Source: Lobosporangium transversale (lineage: Eukaryota). Taken from it: a stretch of 64,000 nt of DNA. The notes beneath the pieces were generated by a model. It saw only the letters and a list, made by a program, of their open reading frames with translations, made no database searches and was not told the DNA's origin. Location of the stretch: contig NW_019028982.1 of assembly GCF_002105155.1 (NCBI RefSeq), positions 1,116,001 to 1,180,000 on the forward strand, written 5' to 3'. The position numbers and the translations under genes were made by a program. Position 1 is the stretch's first letter. Each line of letters opens with the position of its first letter. Of this stretch, positions 1-11,583 are shown in pieces.

Positions 1-1
1 C

Positions 2-376
2 GCTTTTTATTTTGGCTCCGACCCGGCAACCGCATCCAAGAGCAATACAAGATTGAAGCTGGCAGCAACAGAGGGCGGGTCCCGTGAGACAGCTGAAGTC
101 AGAATTGGCATGACAGTCTCACCCTCATTGACTATGGGCCTCAAGGTCTTTGGTATTTCTACACTCTCTGCCGGTATTAATGCACCCATCAGGCTAGGAA
201 TCCACACTTACTGGGATACTGACAGCACTTCTACATGTCCTGCTGACCATGTTGCACTCTCTGCTGAAGGTGGAGCCTCTCTAAACCTTGTTGGAGGTTT
301 CTTTGGGTTCAGCAAGTCCATTCCTGTCGTACAAAGCCCAGCGCTAGAGACGCCTGCTGTCTGTATCCCTCACTAA
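2..376 (+). CDS. 3' end of an uncharacterised protein (5'-truncated by window edge)
   Basis: Frame is open from position 2 to TAA at 374-376, followed by an AT-rich 3' region. The sequence looks beta-rich with two Cys (TCPADHV...AVCIPH). No family recognised. Confidence 0.6.
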   Translation, partial: AFYFGSDPATASKSNTRLKLAATEGGSRETAEVRIGMTVSPSLTMGLKVFGISTLSAGINAPIRLGIHTYWDTDSTSTCPADHVALSAEGGASLNLVGGFFGFSKSIPVVQSPALETPAVCIPH

Positions 377-698
377 ATGATAATAATAATAATGACAACC
401 ACGATAATGGCCACAATAGCATAAATCCTCTCCCCAGTTTGGCACTCATGCTGTGCATGATTTCTAAAGGAAGCTGGACGCATCATATCTACGTGTACAG
501 GAAAAACATTTTACTTTTCGCCTCAATCGCATCATGCCACAATATACCAAAGTATAATAAATGAAAAATGTGATATAACATACTATATTATATTATTTAC
601 ATCACTAACGTTATGAATTATTAATATTAAATAAGGCATTAGAGTCCAATGTACATAAAGAATAAGATACAGGCTTAAGAAGGGTTCGATCTCTCACT

Positions 699-3600
699 CT
701 ACTTCTGCTTAGAACGATCCTTCAGCTTCAAGCTAAAAAAGGCCAATACATGCCATCCCAACAGGATTGCAATCATGGACTGGAAACACCACCAGAACTG
801 ATCAAGTTGGTACGTGTGTGATAGAGGCTCGTTCCTGATCTCCTGCCAAGGTCGTGCCTGGATCTCGCGGAGATAAATGGCTTCAATAGCATATCGGGGT
901 GCTGAGATGACCCATATCCAAGATGTGGCTTTGTATCCGCCCGCTGCATCGTCGCTCATGACCTCCGCCAGATCTGGTGCATCGCCAGAAAAGACAATAG
1001 CCCATGCCAAAGTGAACCCTGTACCGACTAATGAGACTCTGTTTTGGGGCACAAGAGCGGAGAGGAAGTAGCCCATCGCGAATGCAACAGCGTATAACAT
1101 CACAATGATGCAGAGTAGGTAAAAGTAATTGGACCTTTGGTTGAAGAAAATAATGAGCGAGATCGAAAACATGATGCCTGCAAGGACAATACGAGGGATG
1201 TCTGCAATAACCTTGGCAATGTAGTAAGGTAAAGTAAGCAGACCCGAGGACTTCTCTCGCCAGTAAACGATCTTTTCGTTGCCAAACGTCATGGAGCCCA
1301 CTGAGATGCCAGCGAAGCAGACGCCGAGCGCAATAAAAACACCAACTTCAGTCAAGTGGTCTGTAGGGTTGGCACAGTTACTTTTGAGCTGGAATGGTGT
1401 CATGGCGCAGACCAGGTCGGGCTGTCGTCCTAGATAGTCGAAGCGAGAGGCTGCGATCGAGATAAAGAGGCCACATCCAAGATGCAACAACTGATCATAA
1501 AGGAATTGCCGCTGGTTCCTGTAGATCTGTAGCCGTGCACGGTTCAGACACAACCAAAACATCATGAAGGGGTTTGCAGTGTTGCGGACAGGGTCCTTTC
1601 GTCGTAGGAAGATACCCTGTACGGTTTCGACTGTCTCGGCAATAACGCCCTTCCACCACATCCTAGATTCAATGTAGGATATGCGGATGGACCTCTGAAG
1701 CGTTTCCCAGAAAGTCAAGCGCTCAGGTGGAGGGGGAGTCGAATACATTGAAGTAAGGTCACTCAGCGCCATAGAAGGCCGTGGAGAAGATGGGGCTGAC
1801 CTTTGGTAAGCTGGATCCTCAGACATAGTCACAGATTTGACCTGGCTGTTGCGCTTCTGCTGAGTTTGAGATGATGGATACAAAGTGGTTGAAGAGGCGG
1901 ATGACATGAATCCATGATTAGCTGAATCCGAAGAATATGGCATTGCTGGGGATGGCATGTTGTCGATGTCGGTGAGTGTTAGTGATTCAATAATTCCATG
2001 ACCATTGCTCTGTTGGACTGAAATGGCAGATTGATTCAAGCTCGGGTATGTCAGCAAAGCCGAGGTTTTTGGATAAAGGCGAGGCGACCCAGGCTTGTGA
2101 GAAGGGTGTCGGTACTCAACCCCCAAAGCCGGATCAGCATAAAAGCTTTGGGCGCGCTTGTTATAGGACTCCCAGTACCTTGAGAGGTAGAATGGCTTGA
2201 ATTTCTTTGTGAGCTTGGATTTAATATTGTTTGAGATAACATCCATATAAAAATCAGAGGGACTAGAGTCTACGGGAACTGGAAATCCGATCGCGGCAAA
2301 GTAGGCGGGTGCTTCAGTCCGTGGCCCATGAAAGACAACACGACCATTTTGTCCAAGGAGTAGTAAATCGTCGAATTGATTGAATGCGACAGGGCTTGGT
2401 GAATGAATTACTGCAGCCACAGTCAGTCCTTTGCGGCGAGCAACAGACCTGAGCAACTTGCAGACATCGCCGCTGGTGCTGGAATCGAGTCCCGATGTTG
2501 GCTCGTCCAATAGTAAGATACTAGGATCTGTGACTAGTTCCATACCGATGTTGACACGCTTGCGCTGCCCGCCAGAGATACCTCTACGCTCTGCATCGCC
2601 AACGACTGAGTCCATGACCGAATTCAAGCCTAAGAAATCGATAATCTCGAGTACTTTTTCTGTCATTTCATTTTTTTTGAGATCTGATGGAAGGCGCATA
2701 TAAGCTGAATAAAGGAGTACATCATGAACAGTTAACTCGCGCATCATAATATCCTCTTGGGGAACAAATCCAATTAGCTTGCGGTAGTAGCTCAGATCTC
2801 CCTCTTGCCCATTGATGAGAATACGGCCTTCATCCTTGGGGATCTTTGAGGTGAGCATGGAAATGAGCGTGGTCTTTCCAGATCCAGATGGCCCCATTAT
2901 CGCACATGTCCTACCACTACGGAGGATACCAGACACATTCTAAGAGAGTGTATCAGTGAAGGCGTTAGAGTGCAATTACAAGCGTAGCAATGCTAGAAAT
3001 AACTACAAGTAAAAGAAAGCAACGCCTTGAAGTTTCGTTACCTAAACTTACCTGTAAGATAGAAGTCCCATTTGGAAGTGTTAATCCCAGCTTTTGAAAT
3101 TCAATGTCAAACGTGCGGGTGACTTTACTGACTGCTCTTTTCCTTCTTTTAGCAGGTGTCGGCATTGCGCCTGCTGTACCTGCTGCAGTGCCTTCCTTTT
3201 CGTCCTCAGTAACCTGAATAGTCAATTCCATACTTGTAAGCTCTGACGTTGATGTGTCATCAGGGCTTGTAACGTGTACATCTGGATTACTCGTGTCCCT
3301 AGAAAGCCTGGAAAGGCGTCCACTTCCTTCTTTAGTATCCTCCAGGCCCTGCTTTTGCTTCTGCTCATCGTCATCGGCTGCTAGAAGGCTGTCATAGTTT
3401 CCATTGTGGTTATGGATCCATTGGAGGCGCTTCTCGAGATGGTGTGTCCTGACGGCTTCAAAGCGCTTATGGATGTAAAATACAATGCAAATAACGACCA
3501 TGAAGACGATTACGAAGAGAATCAGGCCGAACTTTGAAGCTGAAGAGCTGCCAGCAGGGCATGATGCTAACCAAAGACACGATGTCTATAGGAGTAGAAG

Positions 3601-4336
3601 TTTTTTTTTTTTTTTTTTTTTAATTTTTAGTGATGGTCAGATACAGAGCATTGTTAATAAAATGCAGGCAGAACATCACATTGAATATAATATAGTCGAA
3701 CACTTACTCCCCTGCCCACGGATCCTGCAGGGCAATATTGATTTTGTGGACAGAGTGTGATAGTCTTGGTATCTTCTGAGCAATAGTATCCTGCGCAGCA
3801 ATACATGGGTTGCGCTGTATTGGGCGGACAGTAGAACCCCTATTAATATAAAAGCAGGAAAAAAATGTAGAGCGAACTAATTGAGTCATCATGTCCATTT
3901 CCTTGAAGCTTTCTTGAAAGAATGAATCAGAGATGCAACTTACAGGTGGGCATGGAGCAGAGTGCTTTGGTGACAGACAAAAGTTGCTATGTGCACAAAA
4001 AAAAAAAGTTTGAGCTGATGGACAATCAATGTGTTGCAGGCGAAGAATTACATTCATAAAGGAAAGAATATGTCATACCCAGCCGGACATCCCCAGGAAG
4101 GCGTCGATGTATTTGTGAACGAATTGATTGGGGTTTGGACATACTGACATTTTGGTCCAGACTATTCGGCGAATGAACAAATGTAATAGCAATAAAAAAT
4201 ATATGAGTATCAAACCCTACTAAAGAAGAAAACAAGAGAACGATGCTTAAGCGTTTACTAGAAGTGAGAGAGAGAGTACAAGAGTGCCTGGAGCATCAGC
4301 CAGCTTTAGTAATGCGTAGTAGTCCAGGGGATCCAT
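699..4336 (-). CDS. ABCG (white/WBC-type) half transporter with N-terminal Cys-rich ectodomain and single TM (plant ABCG24/28- and yeast ADP1-like architecture)
   Basis: Six exons join in frame: 4336-4259, 4161-4079, 3986-3944, 3839-3708, 3585-3052, 2939-699. Cys repeats (CPAGNFC, CPPGFYCP, CCAGYYC, CPQNQYCPAG) precede TM FGLILFVIVFMVVICIVFYI. Walker A GPSGSGKT, signature ISGGQRKR, Walker B LLLDEPTSGLD and H-loop AVIH are followed by an ABC2-type TMD. Confidence 0.93.
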
Positions 4337-4487
4337 TGACGGTTGTGATGTGATTGAATGGGTGTGTCACACAAAAAAATTATGTTTAGACCAACAATTG
4401 ATTCAAGTCAAAGCGCGGGAAAATTGGTGCCAAAATAAACTGATAGAATGAGGAATGGAATGAGAAATAGGGGATGCAGTGGAATGG

Positions 4488-4525
<38 letters not shown>

Positions 4526-4665
4526 AAAGGATGGTAGTGATGAGATGCAGGTTGTATAGATAGAAAACTTTTGTTGGAAGAAAAGTTGGAGGAATAAAGA
4601 CGGTAGAAATGTGATGAAGATGTAACGTTGGAGGTATGTAAATCTGCAAAGCAAAGATCAACGAC

Positions 4666-4710
4666 GAGATCAAGGGTGAGATCAAGGGTGAGATCAAGGG
4701 TGAGATCAAG
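4666..4710. repeat. 12-bp tandem repeat (GAGATCAAGGGT) x ~3.7
   Basis: Read directly; lies about 330 bp upstream of the ABCG ATG. Confidence 0.9.
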
Positions 4711-5150
4711 CAAAAAAGAGGGATGTGGTCTTTGTTCAATTGATCGGTTGTATTTATACCGCTACATGCAAACATTTTCATGTTTGTTGTTTATTATGAG
4801 CATTAGTGAACGAATGCTTTTCAATGGTCAAGGCACAGTCGTCTTAAACTTTTAAACTCATTGTGACATGAACTTGCATGAGCATTTTTTTATAACTCTC
4901 TCATCCATTTTAAATAAAAATAAATTTTAATATATAATATATGTATATATACTTTACCATGACGAAGGGACCAGAGGGCATCCGATCCAACATCTCCGAA
5001 TGCTTGTAGTTGAACTGCGTGAATGACAATCCACTCTGCTGTGTATGGTGTATGATGTATAGAATATGAAGTAATATAGGAATGTCTTGAGCATAGACAT
5101 GTGCGGGATGTGCAAAGCGAGATAATTGCTATTCAATATGATGTTATACT

Positions 5151-5175
5151 ATGCTATGCTATGCTATGCCATGCC
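5151..5175. repeat. Pentanucleotide repeat (ATGCY)5
   Basis: atgct atgct atgct atgcc atgcc. Confidence 0.8.
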
Positions 5176-6471
5176 AAGATAAACCATGAGATTTTTAAAG
5201 TTGACACTTTGATGTCTTCACATGCAAAAAGTATTTTTTATAGCCACGTTCGTTTTATTTATTTATTTGCTGTTCTCAGACCCTGTCCAGGTACGCGTAA
5301 CGTTCTCATTCCTAGTCAAGTCGGTAATCAGATGTCTGTAGTTACACATCTACATCACAACGCTCAGGATGGTTTTTATACCTTTAGGATTAACCGCTGC
5401 TTCCATTTTTTTTTTTTTTTTTTTTTTTTTCGGAGAAGTAGAGAAAAAGACTTGTGCAAATGGCATCTAACATGCTTAGTAAAAGCACCCCGAGCATTAA
5501 TCTCTATGTGTTCCCTAAAAGGTTCACCCGATCCTGGTCCATGCTTATGATAACTGTGTTTTGGTTCTAATAAGTACGTATATATTCAGCCCCATAGTGA
5601 TCAATCTATCAACCATTCAGTTACGCGCACCGGTCCAGTTGTTCTTTAATTCCCCATAAAGATATTGAGAAAAATGCTTTTGCGTATTGTGCGCAACACG
5701 ACCCCGACCATGCTAATCATACACGTTTCAAAAAGCGGAAAAAAAAAGCGACTAGAATGTATTGTCCGACATGGAGGTGTCGTCATAGGAATACGATATG
5801 TTCACTTCAGTTTGAGTGTATAGACCGCTCAATTGCTGCTTCATTATGGATGAAATTCTATGTGGTATTCTAGACAAATCCCTAGAACATCTCGAAACCA
5901 TGGATGCCATGCAAGGGAAACATACTGTAGCGAAAGGTTGGATTTATGAAAGAGGGGAAGGAGTGCCAAGAAGGCAGAGGTATGATGTGCATGTTTTGCA
6001 TACATTGAAGTACAGAAAATATGTATGTAAATTCAATATACAAGATTATTGGGCGGTAAATGAAAAAATTTTAGCGAGCGAGAGAGCCAGATATCAGGGA
6101 CACGACTTGAGAAAAGCACCCCAACCGGCCCGATACAATTCGGTCGGTTGATGTTTATCAACCGCGTCTACTACACGCCATCTATGGCCGGCCCAGTGTC
6201 TATGCTGTCTTGCACAAAACGAAAGAGATCTTGATCTTTCTAGATGAACCAAGCAAAAGGTTCGTGTCACCTATTTCTGCAATATTGTGCCGCAACGCAC
6301 AGGCTCCATACAAAAGTCGCCGAAAGATTAAGCTTTTAATAGGCATAGTCCATCTTGCTAAATTCCATTCATTGACGCGCTCATTCATCTCGAGTGATTT
6401 TATACTTTGAATTCTCCACCATCATCTTTACTACCAAACTAAGTGTCATCATTTGCTTTATTACTGCTGCC

Positions 6472-7962
6472 ATGGCTACAGGGAATCCCTTGGACTTACC
6501 TGAGATAAGACAGAAAATTGCCACATATCTGAACAAGTGCGAAAAGGCCTGCTGTCTTACTGTCTGCAAGGCTTGGTATGCTTCCTTCCTACCATTTATC
6601 TGGAAGGATATCAATGTTGTGCATGGTGTTCATTCTCAAGGCCCTACACCAGATGTCCTTCAATATCATCGTACAATGGTTCACACGCTCGCAATCTCGA
6701 GTAACGCGCCAGGATTATATGCATTCAACTATCCGAACCTAAATACCCTCCTTTTAAGAACAACAGATCGGAAGAGGGACTATTCAATCGGGGCAGAACC
6801 AACGGCGCTGATTCTCCTCAATCCTTCATTGACCTGTCTTGAACTTTTTAATATGGAGGGTTACTTGTATGGACCATTCTGGAGAGCCGTGTCAAATCTA
6901 CCACATCTAAGAACCTTGCGGCTCTATGGGCCGATTGCAGGAAGTGAAGAGCTGTACACATTTTGGAGTCCTCGCAGACTACGCATAGACAATACTGTTG
7001 GGTCAAATGGACTGAGTAGAGATATCCTGATTGACATGACATTTCCACAGATCCGCTGCCTGGGACTTGATGGTTTGAAAGGACCTAATGCCCAAGACCA
7101 GCTCCAGTTACTAATCCAATGTCCTGGCTTGGAGAGCCTTTCTTGGACTTCTTCATGGGCAGGAATGGGCACTGTAGGGAGTAAGTTTTCAGAATATGTA
7201 AGGCGGGGAGCATGGCCACATCTGAAAATATTATATTTACACTTTATTCTTCAGGATGGAGAAATCGGACAAATCCTTGGTGGGCTACAAAAGGCAGCTA
7301 AGCTTGGGTTCATGAACACGGGCTTTGGAAACCATGCATATTGGTGTCTCCAGCACCACTTCAGCACATTAAAAGAACTGGACCTTAGGTCCTGCAAGGA
7401 CGTAACTAGCATTATGATTAAGGAAATCTTGTGCTCCTGTTCGTTACTCGAGGTATTCAAGAGTGGAAGTGTTCTCGCAAAAGTTACCTTGGAGGGTCGA
7501 CCATGGGTTTGCATGTTGATGAAAAGTCTGACCATTAATTTTTTATTTGAGCCAGACGAAGAGGAGCTTCAGCAACTAATATTTGGGCGTCTGGCACATC
7601 TGATGCATCTGGAGATTTTAAATGCAGGATATGAAATCGGCATGGAGAATGAGGGGACCGCAGTTGAAACGCAATCATTGAACTTTCGACTTGAGAATGG
7701 ACTTGACACTCTTGCAAATTTGACTCAGATTAAATTGCTTACTTTTATCGGGACAAGACAGTCTCTTGAGGAGAAGGAGATCGCCTGGATGGCGGAGCAT
7801 TGGGCCAGTCTTTTATATCTAGGTGGCCGACTCTGTCCTGATGCAGAGAAGAATCGGATTTTAAGAGACTTGGCCCAACTTCATGGGATCTTTGAAATAC
7901 CTTCCATCAACGGTTTACTGATGGACGTCCTTGAGGCCAGGGTTTTATCCATAGCCTTATGA
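6472..7962 (+). CDS. F-box-like / RNI-like leucine-rich repeat protein (family expanded in Mortierellaceae)
   Basis: Intronless ORF from MATGNPLDLPEIRQKIATYL...CLTVCKAWY (F-box-like), followed by LRRs (PNLNTLLL, PHLRTLRL, CPGLESLS, LKELDLRSC) and a C-terminal LNFRLENGLDTLANL...EIAWMAEHW motif. Confidence 0.85.
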   Translation: MATGNPLDLPEIRQKIATYLNKCEKACCLTVCKAWYASFLPFIWKDINVVHGVHSQGPTPDVLQYHRTMVHTLAISSNAPGLYAFNYPNLNTLLLRTTDRKRDYSIGAEPTALILLNPSLTCLELFNMEGYLYGPFWRAVSNLPHLRTLRLYGPIAGSEELYTFWSPRRLRIDNTVGSNGLSRDILIDMTFPQIRCLGLDGLKGPNAQDQLQLLIQCPGLESLSWTSSWAGMGTVGSKFSEYVRRGAWPHLKILYLHFILQDGEIGQILGGLQKAAKLGFMNTGFGNHAYWCLQHHFSTLKELDLRSCKDVTSIMIKEILCSCSLLEVFKSGSVLAKVTLEGRPWVCMLMKSLTINFLFEPDEEELQQLIFGRLAHLMHLEILNAGYEIGMENEGTAVETQSLNFRLENGLDTLANLTQIKLLTFIGTRQSLEEKEIAWMAEHWASLLYLGGRLCPDAEKNRILRDLAQLHGIFEIPSINGLLMDVLEARVLSIAL

Positions 7963-8221
7963 ATGTACATCGATGCTATATCATCCTAATACTAAATCTT
8001 CTAGTGAACGAAAATGTTAATTTTTGATTTTTGAAATAAAGTAATAAAGTGTGGAGAGAGTGGCGTTTCATCAATAAAGTCAAAGTCCTTGGATCTAGCT
8101 GAAAAGTGTGACTTGCATGGGCCGCAGCGGCAAAAGCTTTTGAGGTTTTACTTCGACCAAGTGGCCAATTACCTCTCTCAATCATCTCCATCCACACATC
8201 ATCATCATTACCATAGACCCA

Positions 8222-9323
8222 ATGGAGGAGCCCTTGTCTACGGTTCGTTATTTTATTTTTACTTTTATTTTTTTTTGCTCTGGAAACGTCTACACCTAGT
8301 GGTCCTTATTGAATAGATGTATAATATATTAAAGTCTGTGCGAAGGGTTTGTCAAAAGTCAAACTTACACTTTAAATTTCTTTACAACCTAGATCTTGAC
8401 GGATCAGTCCGTCTCCTCAGCTTCGACCCCATCCTTCGCTTCCCGTCCTGCTAGGCGAACGCTGTTTGTCCACTTGGTTTTCGATACCATCCTTCTGGAA
8501 AAGGCTAGTAATCATCGCACCAACCAATCAGCTGCAGCCCCTACTGGATCAGACTACGTCTTTGTTTCGCTTAAGGAGCTTGAGAAGGCCTTTAAAATTG
8601 TTCAAAAGAAATGTTCAGAGAACAGCAAGGGCAACCCAAAGCACTATCAGAGCGTAACCATGACAGCTCAACTAGAGAGATTCGGACTGAGTGAGGAAGC
8701 TAATCTGAGGACATATATTCAAGGGCACGCTGGTGCCAGCGGAATCTTCTTACCCTCCCCTTCTCAACAAAATGAAGATCTGCAAAATGAAAACAAACAA
8801 CAACCAAGGAAGCGCTTGCCATACTTGCGGATTGTAGCAAAAGAGGGCTTATCTGGTGTCGAGGTCCCAAAGGTAGATGCAGCAGGGATTAAAAAATTTG
8901 AGGATGTATACGCAACTATACCAACATCATGGCAGGAAACGATCTCAAAGATTGTTTACAAGCTCCGGGAAGAGCTTTGGGATCGTCCTGTTCAAATCAC
9001 GGAGCTGGGGTCAATTCCATATTCTGTTGCTTTATATGGAGCATATAGCTTCAAGAGTAAACAAGAAAAATCTAGATCGAACCCAACGGAATTAGATGGA
9101 AGTGCACATCTAGCTGCAATAAAAAGTCAACTGGAAGGCCTGCAGATTAAAGCAGAAAAAACTAAGGCCACATATGGACTCCAAGGCCCTATGGCCCTTC
9201 CGATCATCGAACCCACGGGTGACGCATACCAAACGCTTAGCATCGCTATGAATTCGCTCTATCAGGTAAAGAGAGATTTAATACACTAGTAAACGGTTGC
9301 AGGTTCCGATAAAGAGTTGTTCC

Positions 9324-9361
<38 letters not shown>

Positions 9362-11251
9362 TATTATTATTATTATTATTTTTATAATAGCTAACAGAAA
9401 TAGCCGTAAATATACTTTCTCTCTTTTCCACATGTATTTGTCTTCCTCAGCGTCTACAACCGAGTCAGGAATATCTCAGGAAGCGTTCGCGCCTGATTAA
9501 AAAATTGCAAAGCATTTTGGATGCAGCGTTCCCAACTGATAGTCTTCGTCTTGAAGTCTTTGGGCAAGTGTTAATATTATTTGATTGCTCAATGGCATTT
9601 TTTATTTCCAATCGGACTCATAAAATCATGCGTTCATACATACTAAGTGTAACGTCCTAACGGCTGTTATTCAATAGATCGTGCGCCAGTGGCCTTGGAT
9701 CAGAAACAAGCGATGCGGATCTTTGTATAACTTCGGATTTTTTTCAGAAGTCGCGACCCTATAATGACATGGGTAATTTGGCGACAGTACTAAGACGAGG
9801 CGGCATGATTAAAGTCAAGCCGATTACGGGTGCCCGAGTGCCCATCGTCAAATTTGTTGATCCAGATTCGAGAATCAATTGCGATATCAACACAAACCGT
9901 GTTTTAGGCGTCTACAATAGCGAACTCATACGGTGTTACACCATGATCGATGACCGTGTGAAACCACTTCTGTACACTATTAAGGACCTTGTGAAAAGGC
10001 ATCGTATTAACGACTCTAGCCAATCTTGGCTGAGTAGTTATGCCTATGTAATGATGGCAATAGGGTTTCTGCAAGCACAGGTAAAAAGATCACAATTTCT
10101 ATGCCTCCATTTTTTAGTCACGGCAGCGCGATAAATGTTTTGCCATCCAGGCGCTTGATAGTATGTCTCTTTTGATATCCAATATCTGGCAGGAACATTT
10201 ATTGACCGACAGTTTCGTTTTGCAAAATCAAAAATAGGACCCACCTATTCTACCGTCACTGCAAGCTCAACCAGCGGAATGTATGATGCCATTACATGTT
10301 ATAGAGGAAGATCGGAGAGGCAAAGCGGTGTATGATTGCACATTCGACCATGAATTTAGTCGGCATCAGAACTTTGGTGCTAAAAATACCAAACCTGTCG
10401 GACAGCTCTTAATTGAGTTTTTTGAATTCTACACGCGGTATTTCGATTATCAAACCATGGAAGTCAATGTACGATTAGGCGGGGTCAGAGTACGAGATGA
10501 AATTACGCGACGGAAAATGATGCCCCTGCCTGGCAAGGGTGAGAAGAGACTGATAGTCATGGATCCATTTATTCGAGACCGTAATGTCGCTAAAACATGT
10601 ACGGGACGTCATTTAATTAGGGTATGGACGGTTTTTGAGAGAATCTATTTGATTCTTTGCCGGGGTGAGTTCCAAAAAGCATTCCAGTATATCCCAGAGT
10701 CTTCCCAAGGCGAAGAAACGTATGCTACTTCCGGACGTCGAGTTAAAATCGCTGAAGTTACCACGGTCACTACCAGTGTATCAAATCGGCCTCGTGACAA
10801 GAGGATAGAGTCGAAATATGGGAAGGTGTTTCAAAGATCTATTACGAAGAATAACGATATACCAGCAGCTCCTTTGGCCTCTCAGTCACAACAGGGACGA
10901 CCTATTCAAGCTAACGGAGCAGTTAACAATCGAGCTTCTGCGATTTCCCCCGCCCTCCATGGCCCGCTGCCAACAGCCCACAATAGCACTATACATGAAA
11001 GTCAGAACAGTAATGCGAACAATAATGGAAGTGAGAACCTTATGTCTGATAATCAAACCAAGTCAATGAAACGTCGTAATCGAAAGGCTGTTGCTGCCAA
11101 AGCCCACCAACATGATGATGAGAAAAGTGGGCTAAGAGCTGTTACCAACCCAGCTTCATTGGGCCATCAGGGTCAACACCAAAAAAATGCTCCAGGCGCG
11201 GCCCCACCCTCCTGGAGGTCGTATAAACAACAGCAACAACAGAAGCAATAG
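8222..11251 (+). CDS. Cid1-family non-canonical poly(A)/poly(U) polymerase (terminal nucleotidyltransferase)
   Basis: Exons 8222-8242, 8393-9265, 9451-9563, 9678-10080, 10238-11251. Catalytic FGS...SDADLC is rebuilt across a GC-AG intron. Also present: ARVPIVKF, CDIN, LSSYAYVMMAIGFLQ, DPPILPSLQ and the PAP-associated loop VMDPFIRDRNVA. Confidence 0.92.
9326..9380. repeat. (TTA)n microsatellite in intron
   Basis: Read directly, within intron 2 of the Cid1-like gene. Confidence 0.9.
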
Positions 11252-11583
11252 CAACAACGATTGCATGGGTTGCTTACCTTAGTAAAGGCACAAAATAGGA
11301 AGACAAACAGCGCAGATCCCTTAGCATCAGGTGCAGCACCAAAGGATGATATAAGTGGTGGATTCGGCTCAAGTATAAAGAGTAACTCAAAAAGGAAATG
11401 AAAAAAAAAAAAAAAAAAAAAAAAAAATTCCGAGTATAAAAACTTCCATTTTATTACATATTACAAATACTTTTTCTTTTTCCACTTCACCTGCCTGTTG
11501 TATATAGACTCATTGCCTATGAGTGAAGATGCAGAAATGTATTTTTTTTTTTTTCTTTAGTCGATGTATTTATTAGTGACTTA

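Noticed and set aside
680..700. GGTTCGATC resembling a tRNA T-loop/B-box
   Set aside because: The T-stem does not pair and there is no cloverleaf; it lies in the ABCG 3' UTR.
4666..4710. Tandem repeat as a CRISPR-like array
   Set aside because: 12-bp units with no spacers in a eukaryotic context.
4386..6410. Multiple 60-150 aa ORFs in the ABCG/F-box intergenic region
   Set aside because: They arise from homopolymer- and repeat-rich non-coding DNA (poly-F/K) and show no motif support.
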